DNA of 37,135 bases from a virus (taxonomy: Duplodnaviria > Caudoviricetes): the IMG/VR virus record IMGVR_UViG_3300048611_000244, positions 1-37,135 of that record, one strand, 5' to 3'. Of this stretch, positions 17,450-28,234 are shown one piece after another. The notes beneath the pieces were generated by a model. That model had not been told where the DNA came from and ran no database searches. It was given only the letters and a program-made list of their open reading frames with translations. Every line of letters begins with the position of its first letter. The stretch's first letter is position 1. Position numbers and translations under genes: made by a program.

Positions 17450-18589
17450 ATGGCCACACAATCTACTGCACCTGATATTGATGAAATTCGTATGCGATTG
17501 GATCAATCAAAAATAGATCTAATGCGGAAGAAAAATACTGTTTTTTTCTCTTCTTTGCTGTCAATGATGGATATCCAACCCAGTGACATGAATAAAACTG
17601 CCTGGACTAACGGAGTTCAAATGGGACTCTATCCAGGATTTGTAGCTCAATTAACTACAGATGAATTGACTTGGGTACTAATGCATGAGCTAGGACATAT
17701 TATTTTCGAGCATATTCCTATTGCTGTCGAAAATAATCTGAATATGAATCGACATAATCTAGCTGGTGATCATTATATTAACCTTTGGCTCAAACAGTTA
17801 GGCTATTCTGAACCTCAGTGCATATCAGTGTATCGAGATGCAAAATATAAAGGCTGGGGCTCCATGCAAATCTATCATGACTTGGATAAAGATGAAGAAG
17901 ATAACGATGGTATGGGCAGAGATATTGTCCTACCAGATCCAGGCAACGCAGCTGCTCATAAAGAAAAGATAACTGACAACATCATAAAAGCTGCTATGCA
18001 GGCTGACATGATGGGAGAACCCGGTTCTGTACCCGCGGGCATTCGTCGCTTTATTGATGATGCTACCTCTTCAACTCTACCCTGGAATGAAATATTTCAA
18101 AATAAATGGAATGATCTCGCTCGAGATGACTATTCCATGAGACGACCAAACCGTCGCTACTTACCAGACTGGCTTCTTCCTAGTCTGTACAGTGAAAAAC
18201 TAGGTCACTTTATTTTTGCTACTGATACATCAGGATCCATGTATCAAGAATTATTGAATGTTATTAATGCAGAGGCTCGCTATATGTGGGAAACCCTTCA
18301 GCCTCAGACAATGCGGCATATTTCATTTGATACCAAGATCCATGAAAACACTGTTTATGAACAAGGTGACTACCTTCCAGATCTTAAAATGACAGGTGGT
18401 GGTGGTACTTGTGTTGAAGGTGTACTGCAATATGTGCTTAATGAAGAACCTCAAGTTACTGTTATTGCAACTGATGGTTATTTTGATATGCCTAGTGAAT
18501 TACCAGGAGAACTCTTCTGGCTCATTCTAAATAATCCAAATTTCGAGGCGCCTTCCGGCGTTATTATTCATCTTCCAAAAAAGGATTAA
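17450..18589 (+). CDS. Metallopeptidase-like + vWA domain protein (N4 gp25-like, DUF2201 type)
   Basis: HELGH (HExxH), MIDAS DTSGSM, GGGGT, TDGY. Confidence 0.9.
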   Translation: MATQSTAPDIDEIRMRLDQSKIDLMRKKNTVFFSSLLSMMDIQPSDMNKTAWTNGVQMGLYPGFVAQLTTDELTWVLMHELGHIIFEHIPIAVENNLNMNRHNLAGDHYINLWLKQLGYSEPQCISVYRDAKYKGWGSMQIYHDLDKDEEDNDGMGRDIVLPDPGNAAAHKEKITDNIIKAAMQADMMGEPGSVPAGIRRFIDDATSSTLPWNEIFQNKWNDLARDDYSMRRPNRRYLPDWLLPSLYSEKLGHFIFATDTSGSMYQELLNVINAEARYMWETLQPQTMRHISFDTKIHENTVYEQGDYLPDLKMTGGGGTCVEGVLQYVLNEEPQVTVIATDGYFDMPSELPGELFWLILNNPNFEAPSGVIIHLPKKD

Positions 18590-18592
18590 GCC

Positions 18593-18988
18593 ATGAAACA
18601 AGTCCGCAGCTTTCCAGCTCTTATTAGATTTTTAGAGAATCTTCCTACTCGTAAGAATAAAAGAACACAACGTATTCGTTTATTTTGGGCTAAATTTTTA
18701 GAACAGGAACCAAAGACTCATAGAAAATGGGAACAAGCTGGACTATATGCCGGTAATTGGGAATTATGTGCTTGTGGTGTCAGTCTTCCTAGAGAACTGA
18801 GAACAGATAAAAAAATTACTGAACATCCTAATGATACCTTACTTCTTAATTTAGGTGCAAATTTTGCTACAGCATGCAGAGAAAAAAATTATCCTTGGGC
18901 TCGCCGTATTTTTAAAGCAATTCAAAATAGAGAAGCAGTGCTTATTAATGAATTGAAACGAAAAAATATAGACATAAATTTTAATTAG
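18593..18988 (+). CDS. Hypothetical protein
   Basis: ORF track; operon context. Confidence 0.6.
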   Translation: MKQVRSFPALIRFLENLPTRKNKRTQRIRLFWAKFLEQEPKTHRKWEQAGLYAGNWELCACGVSLPRELRTDKKITEHPNDTLLLNLGANFATACREKNYPWARRIFKAIQNREAVLINELKRKNIDINFN

Positions 18989-19001
18989 ATTAGGAATTTA
19001 A

Positions 19002-19235
19002 ATGAGCAAAAACTTGTTAGAAGAAGCTGCTCTTTATCTTGGAATTAATAGGGCCACTCTGGAAAGAGTGGCCCATGATTTAGAGCATCAAAATCCTGAG
19101 TTACGCAAGATATTCGATAAGAATATCCAGAACAAGAGTCTCGACAACGTAATATCCGAATTGGAGGAGCAACTGAAGGAGGTACTCAATCATGTCAAAT
19201 CTCCCGATGTTGGAGGAAGTGGGGGTACAAGCTGA
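19002..19235 (+). CDS. Hypothetical protein
   Basis: ORF track. Confidence 0.55.
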   Translation: MSKNLLEEAALYLGINRATLERVAHDLEHQNPELRKIFDKNIQNKSLDNVISELEEQLKEVLNHVKSPDVGGSGGTS

Positions 19236-19482
19236 ATTTATTGCAATCAGAGTAGGTTATAAAGAATCCTTCCTTTTCCCTGTTGAGCAGGGGCTTAAGT
19301 ATATCAAATCTCTGCGAGGATGTCTTGTAATGAAGACAGAAGGTTATGGTGAAAATAAGATTATACATATCAATCGCTTTGATGAAGATCTCACAATGAA
19401 ATTTTTTAGTAAAGAAGAAATTCAAGAATTAATAGCTAGTCAAGAATTGCTATTAAGAGGAAAAAGCAATGAGAACTCGTAA
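19192..19482 (+). CDS. Hypothetical protein
   Basis: SD AGGAGGT; ORF track. Confidence 0.65.
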   Translation: MSNLPMLEEVGVQAEFIAIRVGYKESFLFPVEQGLKYIKSLRGCLVMKTEGYGENKIIHINRFDEDLTMKFFSKEEIQELIASQELLLRGKSNENS

Positions 19483-19738
19483 AATAACTTTACAATTTCA
19501 AGGATTACCTCTTCATATTTCTTATGAAGTACTTACTCAAAATGTAGTGCTTTGGCAGCTAGATTCAGAAGAGTACAAAGAAACAGATCCAGATTTAATA
19601 AAATTGGCAGAAGCACTAGTGAGACAAATTCATGGACATGAGGTACAAATGGCCGCATTAGAACATGAATTTTATCGCGGCTTACAGAACCCATCTTACC
19701 CTGATGCAGACTATGATCCAGATGACACCCCATTCTGA
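19469..19738 (+). CDS. Hypothetical protein with acidic tail (DDTPF)
   Basis: ORF track; SD GAGGA. Confidence 0.6.
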   Translation: MRTRKITLQFQGLPLHISYEVLTQNVVLWQLDSEEYKETDPDLIKLAEALVRQIHGHEVQMAALEHEFYRGLQNPSYPDADYDPDDTPF

Positions 19739-19748
19739 GGAGAAGGAA

Positions 19749-21104
19749 ATGATTAAATTATCCCCTAGCCAGGATGCTGCTTGTGAGGCTTTTCAAGAAT
19801 TTCTTAATAATCCAAATGAAAAAGAATTCTTACTTTCTGGCTTTGCTGGATCAGGTAAAACTTTTCTTGTGAAATATTTAGTTCGTTTAGCTCGTGATGA
19901 GCATGAGCTAAGTCGACTCATTAATCCTACAGCACCTGCTATGACCTTTCATTTCACTGCGACAACTAATAAAGCTGCAAAGGTTCTTTCTGATGCTATG
20001 GGCGAACGAGCTTCAACAATTCACCAAGCATTAGGCCTAACAGTTCGACAGGATTATCGTACAGGTCAGCAATATTTAGAAAAGAAAAAAGATGTAGGAG
20101 TAGATCTTAATTATTCTACTCTGATTGTTGATGAAGGTAGTATGATTAATCGTGAACTTTTACGGTACATTCAAAAAGCTGTACATAAAGTCCCTACTTG
20201 CAAAGTACTTTATGTTGGCGACAAATATCAGCTACCACCTGTAAAAGAAACTACCTGTCCTATCTTTGAAGGAACAGGTAATAGACACTTTCTCACAGAT
20301 ATTCAACGTCAAGCTGCAGATTCCCCAATTATCTCCTTCTCTCATAAATATCGAGAGATTATGGATAATCCTGAACAACCTTGGCCTATTATTCCTAATG
20401 ATGGTCAAGCTGTATTTCATTACACCAATGGCCGGCAGTGGGAAGACTTAATTCGTAAAGCTTTTAAAACAGAACATCATCCCGATGATCTTCGTGTATT
20501 AGCTTGGTCAAATGATAGAGTAATTCACTACAATAAATTCATCCGAACTCAGTTAAATCATACTGAGCATTTTGTGCCTGGAGAAGTAATGCTATCAAAT
20601 AATCCCATCTTAGTTAATGAATGTGTCATCATTCCTACAGATGGCTTAGTAACTATTGAAAGTGTTACTGAAGATGCAGTAAGTGGAATTAAAGGGCATA
20701 GTCTTCGTGTTTCAAACTTCAATTCCCATTCAAGTCAACAAGTCTTCCAACCATTATCGTGGAAGGAAGCTCGACGGTTACAAGCAAAATTGGCTAAAGA
20801 AAAGAAGTGGCCTGAATTTTTTCGGATTAAGAATGAATGGGGAGACTTTCGTCCAAGCCATGCTCAAACAGTACATAAAAGTCAGGGCTCAACTTATAAA
20901 AAAGTATTTATTGATGTTGAGGACTTGGCAAGAAATAATAAATGGTATGAAGTTGCTCGTTTAATGTATGTTGCAATAACTCGAGCAAGCCATGAAGTTC
21001 ACCTTTTCGGAAATCTCCAAGAGCGGTATGATCGAGAAAAGAATCCACAAACTTTACTGGAGAAGTTCACCAATGCCACGCAAATACAAAGTGAGACAAC
21101 CTAA
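19749..21104 (+). CDS. Dda/RecD-like SF1B DNA helicase
   Basis: GFAGSGKT, TATTNKAA, VDEGSM, GDKYQLPPV, QRQ, TVHKSQGSTY and YVAITRA motifs. Confidence 0.95.
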   Translation: MIKLSPSQDAACEAFQEFLNNPNEKEFLLSGFAGSGKTFLVKYLVRLARDEHELSRLINPTAPAMTFHFTATTNKAAKVLSDAMGERASTIHQALGLTVRQDYRTGQQYLEKKKDVGVDLNYSTLIVDEGSMINRELLRYIQKAVHKVPTCKVLYVGDKYQLPPVKETTCPIFEGTGNRHFLTDIQRQAADSPIISFSHKYREIMDNPEQPWPIIPNDGQAVFHYTNGRQWEDLIRKAFKTEHHPDDLRVLAWSNDRVIHYNKFIRTQLNHTEHFVPGEVMLSNNPILVNECVIIPTDGLVTIESVTEDAVSGIKGHSLRVSNFNSHSSQQVFQPLSWKEARRLQAKLAKEKKWPEFFRIKNEWGDFRPSHAQTVHKSQGSTYKKVFIDVEDLARNNKWYEVARLMYVAITRASHEVHLFGNLQERYDREKNPQTLLEKFTNATQIQSETT

Positions 21105-21669
21105 CAGACCTTCTCAAAGCCTTACTGATAAGGAAATTTTAATAAATGCTACATTGAAGTGCTTATATGCCGAACAACATAGTTTTTGGGAACGTCGGCT
21201 AACTCAATTAATTTCTAAAAATCTTCATACACTTGGTAGAAAGGATCATCCTCGTGCATGCGCCATCCATTACGCAGGTCGTATATGGTTCCGTCCGTGG
21301 ATGGACAAAGAAAATGCTAATGACTTCCTGGTGAGTCGAGTGCATTCAGAACATGAAAAGGAAGCCATTGAAGTCACATCAGAATTAGCTGAACTAGAAA
21401 ATGAGCAATATGAAGTTAGTCGTTTTATGTCAGGACTATTACTCTTTCAAGCTCCAGTTCTAGAAATTAAAAGAGCTCTTGGAATAGAGCTAGTTAATGA
21501 AATTGAGCAAAGAGAAAAAGTCAGTTTTGACTCTCTTGTCTGCTCAACTGGAGTACTTAACAATCAAACGGCTGCACTCAAGATATTTGTCAACAACCAT
21601 GATTATGTTGTTGAAATGATGACGGAACGCATTCTCGCCAACATGATCTTGGGACAATCCGTTCTCTAG
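21073..21669 (+). CDS. Hypothetical protein between helicase and polymerase (N4 gp38 position)
   Basis: Syntenic position; likely ATG at 21073. Confidence 0.6.
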   Translation: MPRKYKVRQPNRPSQSLTDKEILINATLKCLYAEQHSFWERRLTQLISKNLHTLGRKDHPRACAIHYAGRIWFRPWMDKENANDFLVSRVHSEHEKEAIEVTSELAELENEQYEVSRFMSGLLLFQAPVLEIKRALGIELVNEIEQREKVSFDSLVCSTGVLNNQTAALKIFVNNHDYVVEMMTERILANMILGQSVL

Positions 21670-21678
21670 GAGACGGAA

Positions 21679-24291
21679 ATGATTCAACACTTAATCCCTG
21701 GGAATCCTTCAGTTCCCAAAAAGATTGCTTTTCTTGTGTCAAATAGAGAGTTTAAACTTGATGAATTAAAAAGAAATTATTTTGACACTCTTTCTCTTGA
21801 TGGAGTGCATATAGACGATATTATTGTCTATAATCTGCAACATAATTCTAAAGGAAAAGTTACAGCCACTGATGCTAGAAAGTGGCTTGAAACTCTAGAA
21901 CCTCTTTTAAAATCTCAACAGATTGAGCACATTGCTGTATGTGATGGATCTTATTTCAAAGCTCTAACAAAAGTTAAAAAAGTAGAGCCTGAAATTGGTT
22001 ATACCTGCAAGAGCTCTATGTGGGACTGGGCTTCTATCTTTTATGTACCAAATTATCGACAGATGTATTTCAATCCCCAAATAAATATTAAGATTTCGCT
22101 AGCTCTCCAAGCAATAGCTGGAGCTACCCGCGGAGAACTTTCTATTTTTGATAGATCTTTCAGTAATAATATTATCTATTTGTACTCCACAAAAGATATT
22201 CAGAAAGGATTAATACAAATTCTGCAACACGATAAAGTTGCTTATGATATTGAAACTTTTAGTCTGCAAATTGATAAAGCTGGGCTAGGTACAATTTCAT
22301 TTGCAGTAGATGATCATGGTGCCATTGTTTTTCCAATTGACCTTGAGCGAGAGAAGAATCATTCAAAAACAGTCCGTAAGATGCTTAAAGAATTTTTCAT
22401 TGAAACAGCTCGTAGAAATATTACTTTGATTCCCCATGGAGGTACCTTTGATGCAAAGGTACTTATTTGGGAGCTCTTCATGAAAGATTCTGAAGATATT
22501 CCAGGAATGCTATACGGCCTTGAAATATTACATAATAATGTTGAAGACACTCATACCCTGGCCTATTTAGCCTTAAATAGTACTGCCGGCAACAAACTAA
22601 AATTAAAAGAATTAGCTTTTGAATTCACTGGTAATTATGCCCTATCAGATATACAGGACATTACTCAATATGATTTAAAACAAGTACTTGAATATAACGC
22701 CATTGATGCAATGGCTACCTTTTGGGTACACAAACGTTATCGTCCAATTGTTCGTAATGAACAAGAAGATGTGTACCAAAAAGTATTTCGTCCTTCAGAA
22801 AAAACCATTACTCAAATGGAGCTCTGTGGTCTTCCATTAAATCTAGCCACTGTTCTGTTAGTTGAAAACAAATTAGAGGATATTTGTAAGCAAGCTTACG
22901 ACACAATTAACTCATCACAAGTGATCATTGAATTCATAGAGGCTTTTCGTGAATTATTGGCAAAAGAAGCTACTTCAAAGCTCAAGAAAAAGATCAAAAC
23001 TGCTGATGAATTTTTAAGTATAGAATTTAATCCTAATAGTAATAAGCAGATGCCTTTGCTTCTTTACAAAGGCTTAGCTTTACCAATACTTAAAGAAACA
23101 GATGGTGGAGAGGGAAGTACCTCTGTAGATGCTCTGTCTGCACTAATCAAATATGAGCAGAAAAATCAGAATCGTCAGTATGTGTTAGAGCTACTTGATG
23201 CATTCATTATCCTGGCAGAAGCAGACAAAATTCTAACCAGCTTTATTCCTGCTTTTAAGGAAAAAGGAGTTACAAAAGGTGACTGGTTATATCTACTAGG
23301 CTCCTTTAATTTGGGTGGGACAGTATCTGGTCGTCTTAGTTCAAGCAATCCTAATATGCAAAACTTGCCTAGTACTGGAACTAAATATGCCAAATTAATA
23401 AAAACATGCTTCGCACCGCCTTTAAGTGGAGAATGGCTCTTTGTTGGAGCAGATTACTTCTCTTTAGAAGATAAAATTTCAGCCTTACAGACTAAGGATC
23501 CTGCTAAGTTAGCAGTGTATCTAGAAGGGTATGACGGACACTGTTTACGTGCCTACTCTTATTTCAAAAAACAAATGGACGATATAACCAAGGAATTAGA
23601 TATATTTCCTGATCGTAAAGTTGAAATTATTAATTCTATAGCTAAACGTTATCCAACACTTCGACAAAACTCTAAAGGGTTAACCTTTGCGTTAACCTAT
23701 ACAGGTACCTGGCGTACATTAGTAGAAAACTTTGGTATATCTGTAAAAGAAGCCAAAGAGATTGAGAATAGCTACCACGATCTCTATCAGGTTTCTGATG
23801 AATGGGTCAAAGAGCAAATGGAGTTTGCTCGAGAGCATGGATATGTAGAGTTAGCTTTCGGATTGCGTCTGAGAACTCCTGTGTTGCCCCGTACGCTCAC
23901 GAATTCTAGAACCGAACCCTATGAGGCCAAAAAAGAAAAGAAGACCGCAGGGAACGCTCTAGGGCAGTCCTATGGGCTTCTGAATTCATATTCAGCCAAC
24001 ATGTTCATGGAACGAGTATGGAATCATCCTAAATATCGCTACGAAGTCCTGCCTTGTGCTCAGATCCATGACAGTCAATATTATTTAATTCGGAATACTC
24101 TTGGTTGCCTGAAATGGGTGAATGATAACTTGATAGAGTGCATGGAATGGTGTGATTTAGATGCCATCAAGCATGATAAAATTAAGTTAGGTGCTGAATT
24201 AGAGGTTTATTATCCAAATTGGGCTTATCCCATTACTGTACCTAATAAAGCAACTTTGAATCAGATCAAAAAGATTCTTACCAAGAAGTAA
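21679..24291 (+). CDS. Family A DNA polymerase (N4 gp39-like)
   Basis: ExoI DIET, YNAID, TVSGRLSSSNPNMQNLP, motif A ADYFSLE, motif B RQNSKGLTFALTY, motif C QIHDS. Confidence 0.96.
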   Translation: MIQHLIPGNPSVPKKIAFLVSNREFKLDELKRNYFDTLSLDGVHIDDIIVYNLQHNSKGKVTATDARKWLETLEPLLKSQQIEHIAVCDGSYFKALTKVKKVEPEIGYTCKSSMWDWASIFYVPNYRQMYFNPQINIKISLALQAIAGATRGELSIFDRSFSNNIIYLYSTKDIQKGLIQILQHDKVAYDIETFSLQIDKAGLGTISFAVDDHGAIVFPIDLEREKNHSKTVRKMLKEFFIETARRNITLIPHGGTFDAKVLIWELFMKDSEDIPGMLYGLEILHNNVEDTHTLAYLALNSTAGNKLKLKELAFEFTGNYALSDIQDITQYDLKQVLEYNAIDAMATFWVHKRYRPIVRNEQEDVYQKVFRPSEKTITQMELCGLPLNLATVLLVENKLEDICKQAYDTINSSQVIIEFIEAFRELLAKEATSKLKKKIKTADEFLSIEFNPNSNKQMPLLLYKGLALPILKETDGGEGSTSVDALSALIKYEQKNQNRQYVLELLDAFIILAEADKILTSFIPAFKEKGVTKGDWLYLLGSFNLGGTVSGRLSSSNPNMQNLPSTGTKYAKLIKTCFAPPLSGEWLFVGADYFSLEDKISALQTKDPAKLAVYLEGYDGHCLRAYSYFKKQMDDITKELDIFPDRKVEIINSIAKRYPTLRQNSKGLTFALTYTGTWRTLVENFGISVKEAKEIENSYHDLYQVSDEWVKEQMEFAREHGYVELAFGLRLRTPVLPRTLTNSRTEPYEAKKEKKTAGNALGQSYGLLNSYSANMFMERVWNHPKYRYEVLPCAQIHDSQYYLIRNTLGCLKWVNDNLIECMEWCDLDAIKHDKIKLGAELEVYYPNWAYPITVPNKATLNQIKKILTKK

Positions 24292-24302
24292 TAAGTATAA
24301 CC

Positions 24303-24320
24303 GGCGCTCCGCGCCTTAGG
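24303..24320 (+). promoter_or_regulatory. N4 vRNAP-type hairpin (second copy)
   Basis: CGGCGCTCCGCGCCT, identical to 15749-15763; G at the predicted +1 (24320). Confidence 0.6.
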
Positions 24321-24327
24321 AGATGAT

Positions 24328-25317
24328 ATGCCTATATCTATAACCAATTACTCTAATATTCCTTTGCCCTTAGCAGTATGGCTAGCTTCCGATGATTACG
24401 ATCATGATCCAAGGCCTAATTCCATTTCAGCTACTGGAATCATGAAACCAATCAAAAGTATTGTGCTTTCTAAACAGATTGACTCTGAAATCAATGTGAG
24501 CCAGGATCTTCAAGATTTAATCCCTGCTCGTGTCGGTACTGCTCTACACACTGCAATTGATGAAGCATGGAAAGCTCCTAATTTACCTGATGTATTTAGG
24601 CGCCTAGGCTATCCTAATAAGATAGTAGAACGTATCCGAATTAATCCACCGCGAGATGATATTGATGAAGATCAAATCAATATTTGGATGGAACAACGGA
24701 CTGAACGAGAGCTAGATGGCTTCCTGGTTACCGGAAAGTTTGATCTGGTTTATGAATTTGGAGTGGAAGACTATAAATCCACTGGCACATATAATTGGAT
24801 CAGTGGTTCAAACGATGAAAAATATCGTTTACAAGGATCCATATATCGTTGGTTAAATCCCGATATAATTCGCTCTGACAAAATGAAGATCAACTTCATT
24901 TTTACCGACTGGAGTGCTCTTAAAGCTACAGTAGATAAGAATTATCCCAAACGTCGTATTGAAGTTCGCAAGCTCGAGTTACTTTCTATTTCAGATACTG
25001 AACATTACTTACGAACTCGCCTTGCTGAATTGAAAACATATTGGGACAAGAAAGAGGCTGATTTACCTGCATGCACTCCAGAAGAGTTATGGCAGCGTCC
25101 CAGTACTTGGGCATATTACAAAAATCCAAATAGCACTACACGAGCAACAAAAGTGTTCGATAATATGAACGAAGCAGAGGAACGCCGGATTCAAGACGGC
25201 TCAACTGGAGTGGTAGTTCACCGTCCAGGAGAAGTAAAGTTTTGTCGGTACTGTCCTGCTCGTATAATCTGCCAGCAGGCTGAGTCGTACCAAGCTCAAG
25301 GTCTGCTTCAAATCTAA
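24328..25317 (+). CDS. PD-(D/E)XK nuclease (N4 gp42-like)
   Basis: GTALH, TGKFD...EDYK, LQGSIY, C-terminal FCRYC...C. Confidence 0.85.
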   Translation: MPISITNYSNIPLPLAVWLASDDYDHDPRPNSISATGIMKPIKSIVLSKQIDSEINVSQDLQDLIPARVGTALHTAIDEAWKAPNLPDVFRRLGYPNKIVERIRINPPRDDIDEDQINIWMEQRTERELDGFLVTGKFDLVYEFGVEDYKSTGTYNWISGSNDEKYRLQGSIYRWLNPDIIRSDKMKINFIFTDWSALKATVDKNYPKRRIEVRKLELLSISDTEHYLRTRLAELKTYWDKKEADLPACTPEELWQRPSTWAYYKNPNSTTRATKVFDNMNEAEERRIQDGSTGVVVHRPGEVKFCRYCPARIICQQAESYQAQGLLQI

Positions 25318-25326
25318 GGAGCTCCT

Positions 25327-27480
25327 ATGAAGGACTATGCAAATCTGCTATTCCATTCTACAATGGAGAGGTTGGTGGACATTCTACGTAAGAAAACTCA
25401 AAACGAAGATCCAATGTTCTTCCGGTTAGTCGTTAGCTATTTTTTTTGTAAATTGGCGAGCATGATGCGAACCAGTGTACAGATTACTCCTGACCAACTC
25501 ATCCCAATTAATATGTATGCCATTAACCTTGCCCCATCAGGATCAGGAAAAGGCCATTCAATCAGTATTCTTGAAGAACAAGTTATTTCAAATTTCAGAC
25601 ATAAGTATTTGGAGCATACTTTTCCTGAGATTGCTGAAAGAAACATAACAAAGCTTGCCTTGGCTCGTGCTACAAAATTACAAACTGATCCAGATGAAGA
25701 AACTACTCGGGCCCAGATGGAATTTGAAGACTGTGGGCCGCTACTATTCTCATTTGATTCTGGTACATCCGCGGCTGTAAAACAGATGAGAATGAAGCTG
25801 CTAATGGCAAAAGCAGGCTCTATGAACCTTGAGATAGATGAGATTGGTTCAAATATGTTGGGCAATAACGAAGTGTTGAACACATATCTGGAACTATTTG
25901 ATACAGGTCGGATTAAGCAAAAACTTATTAAAAATACCCGAGAAAATACTCGTCAAGAAGATCTGTTTGGATCTACTCCCACCAATATGCTGCTCTTTGG
26001 TACTCCAACCAAGCTATTGAATGGTTCAAAAACAGAAGATGAATTCTATGATTTTCTGGAAATTGGATATGCTCGTCGTTGCTTCTTTGGCTTTAGTCGT
26101 AAGAGAAAGACTAAGAAGAATCAGAGTGCACAAGATATTTATAATATCTACAACGACACTGCTTCCAATAACTTCTTGAGCCAACTTTGTGATCAAGTGG
26201 GCTTGTTAGCCGATCATTCCCAATTTGGCCAAACTATCCGTATGCCAAAAGATGTAGCCTTGGCTTTATTCGAGTATAGAATTTATTGTCAAAATCAGGC
26301 AGATAACTTATCCGAATATGACGAAATACGGAAAGCTGAACTGGCTCATCGTTATTTCAAAGTAGCTAAGCTTGCTTCAGCATATGCTTTCATTGATCGT
26401 AGTATCAATGTAAAGATGGATCATCTAGATAATGCTATTGCAATGGCACAGGTCTCCGGGGATGCTTTTGAGAGCATGATGAATCGAGACAGGCCTTACA
26501 TCAAATTAGCAAATTATTTAGCTTCTTGTGGTCATGAAATGACTCATGCTGACTTGGTAGAAGATCTACCCTTCTACAAAGGCTCTGAAGCTCAGAAGAG
26601 AGATATGATTAATTTGGCAATTGCACATGGCTATAAGAATGGTATTTTCATTCGTCGTGAGCTAATTGATGGAATTGAGTTTCTATCCGGCAAAGCCGTA
26701 CCTGAAACTAATCTCTCAAAGGTTATTCTTTCAGCTAGCACTGATGTTGCTAGTGGTTACGGAACTCATCGTCCACCTTTTGACAAGATTCATAAATTAC
26801 TTTGTAAAGGCGGATACCATTGGGTTAACCATAGCTTGAAAGATGCTTATCGAGATGAAGCCCATATTATTCCAGGGTTTAACCTGATTGTATTGGATGT
26901 TGAAAAGAGTATTTCTATTGAAATTGCTCAACAGCTACTGAAGGATTTTAAATTCTTCTTACACACCACACGCAGGCATACTGATCAAGAACACCGATTC
27001 AGAATCATTATGCCACTAAGTCATACCTTAGAATTGAGTGCTCAAGATTATCGAGAATTTATGCATAATCTTTTTGATTGGTTGCCCTTTGAAGTAGACC
27101 GTCAAACATGCCAAAGAGCTCGTAAGTGGCTGACGCATAACGGTAAACAGTGGTATAATGACGGACAGTTGTTAGACGCATTACAGTTTGTTCCGAAGAC
27201 AAAGAAGGCAGAGGAACAGAAGGCTACTCTAACTGGGCAAACCAACCTAACGAACCTGGAAAGATGGTTCGTCAATAATACAGAAGCAGGAAACCGCAAT
27301 AGCATGCTAATCCAATATGCCTATGCTTGTATGGATATGGGCCAGGATCTTCATTCTATTCAAAGTAATGTATTAGAGTTGAATAGAAAACTAGCTGAGC
27401 CTCTTGAAGAAACAGAAGTTCTTTCAACTGTGATTCAATCAATTACACGAAAGTTTCACACTAAAGGAGCAGGCAAGTGA
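25327..27480 (+). CDS. DNA primase (N4 gp43-like)
   Basis: APSGSGKG, EIDEIGS, LIVLDVE, HRFRIIMP and C-terminal PriCT-like GNRN; N4 synteny. Confidence 0.9.
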   Translation: MKDYANLLFHSTMERLVDILRKKTQNEDPMFFRLVVSYFFCKLASMMRTSVQITPDQLIPINMYAINLAPSGSGKGHSISILEEQVISNFRHKYLEHTFPEIAERNITKLALARATKLQTDPDEETTRAQMEFEDCGPLLFSFDSGTSAAVKQMRMKLLMAKAGSMNLEIDEIGSNMLGNNEVLNTYLELFDTGRIKQKLIKNTRENTRQEDLFGSTPTNMLLFGTPTKLLNGSKTEDEFYDFLEIGYARRCFFGFSRKRKTKKNQSAQDIYNIYNDTASNNFLSQLCDQVGLLADHSQFGQTIRMPKDVALALFEYRIYCQNQADNLSEYDEIRKAELAHRYFKVAKLASAYAFIDRSINVKMDHLDNAIAMAQVSGDAFESMMNRDRPYIKLANYLASCGHEMTHADLVEDLPFYKGSEAQKRDMINLAIAHGYKNGIFIRRELIDGIEFLSGKAVPETNLSKVILSASTDVASGYGTHRPPFDKIHKLLCKGGYHWVNHSLKDAYRDEAHIIPGFNLIVLDVEKSISIEIAQQLLKDFKFFLHTTRRHTDQEHRFRIIMPLSHTLELSAQDYREFMHNLFDWLPFEVDRQTCQRARKWLTHNGKQWYNDGQLLDALQFVPKTKKAEEQKATLTGQTNLTNLERWFVNNTEAGNRNSMLIQYAYACMDMGQDLHSIQSNVLELNRKLAEPLEETEVLSTVIQSITRKFHTKGAGK

Positions 27481-28199
27481 ATAATACAAATGTGGTTATG
27501 ATAGGTGGCAAATCTGCATCTGGAAAAACAGCATCTCTTCGTAACCTAAAGGATCCTGAAGGAGTAATCTATCTCAATTCTGAAGCAGGAAAAGAATTAC
27601 CTTTTCCCGCTAAATTTAAGAAGATGACGGTTACTCATCCACTTCAAGTCTTTGAAGTTTTTGAAAAGGCTGAACAGCAACCTAAAATCCATACAATTGT
27701 TGTTGATTCTTTAACATATCTCATGGATATGTATGAATCTATGTATGTACTTCCTGCCAGTAATGGAATGAAAGCCTGGAGTGAATATCAGCAATTCTTT
27801 AAGAAGTTGATGCAGCAATATGTTGCAAAATCAACAAAGAATGTGATCTTCACTGCTCATACCATGGACGTACTTAATGAAGGCGATATGGTAATGGAAA
27901 CTATGGTGAAGGTAAAAGGTGCTTTAATGAACAACGGTGTTGAATCTTATTTCAACAACGTTATTTCTTGTAAGAAAGTTTCGTTGAATGATTTGGAAGG
28001 ACAGGACTCTCCCTTACTTACTATCACACCTCAAGAAGAATCTCTTGGCTTCAAGTATGTTTATCAAACCAGCTTGACCAAGAAGACTGTCAATGAACGT
28101 ATCCGCGGGCCCATGGGATTATGGGCTGTTAATGAGACGTTCATTGATAATGATCTGCAGCTGGTAATCAACAGGTTGCATGAGTACTACGAGGAATAA
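27477..28199 (+). CDS. Sak4-like AAA ATPase (N4 gp44-like)
   Basis: GKSASGKT, IVVDSLT, IFTAH. Confidence 0.88.
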   Translation: MNNTNVVMIGGKSASGKTASLRNLKDPEGVIYLNSEAGKELPFPAKFKKMTVTHPLQVFEVFEKAEQQPKIHTIVVDSLTYLMDMYESMYVLPASNGMKAWSEYQQFFKKLMQQYVAKSTKNVIFTAHTMDVLNEGDMVMETMVKVKGALMNNGVESYFNNVISCKKVSLNDLEGQDSPLLTITPQEESLGFKYVYQTSLTKKTVNERIRGPMGLWAVNETFIDNDLQLVINRLHEYYEE

Positions 28200-28234
28200 C
28201 CCTCACAATGAAGGCAATAAAGGAGATCTCAAAT

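Noticed and set aside
21679-27480. Inteins, introns or stop-codon recoding in polymerase/primase
   Set aside because: ORFs are continuous and of normal length, with no intein motifs seen; all three stop codons end genes in the window.
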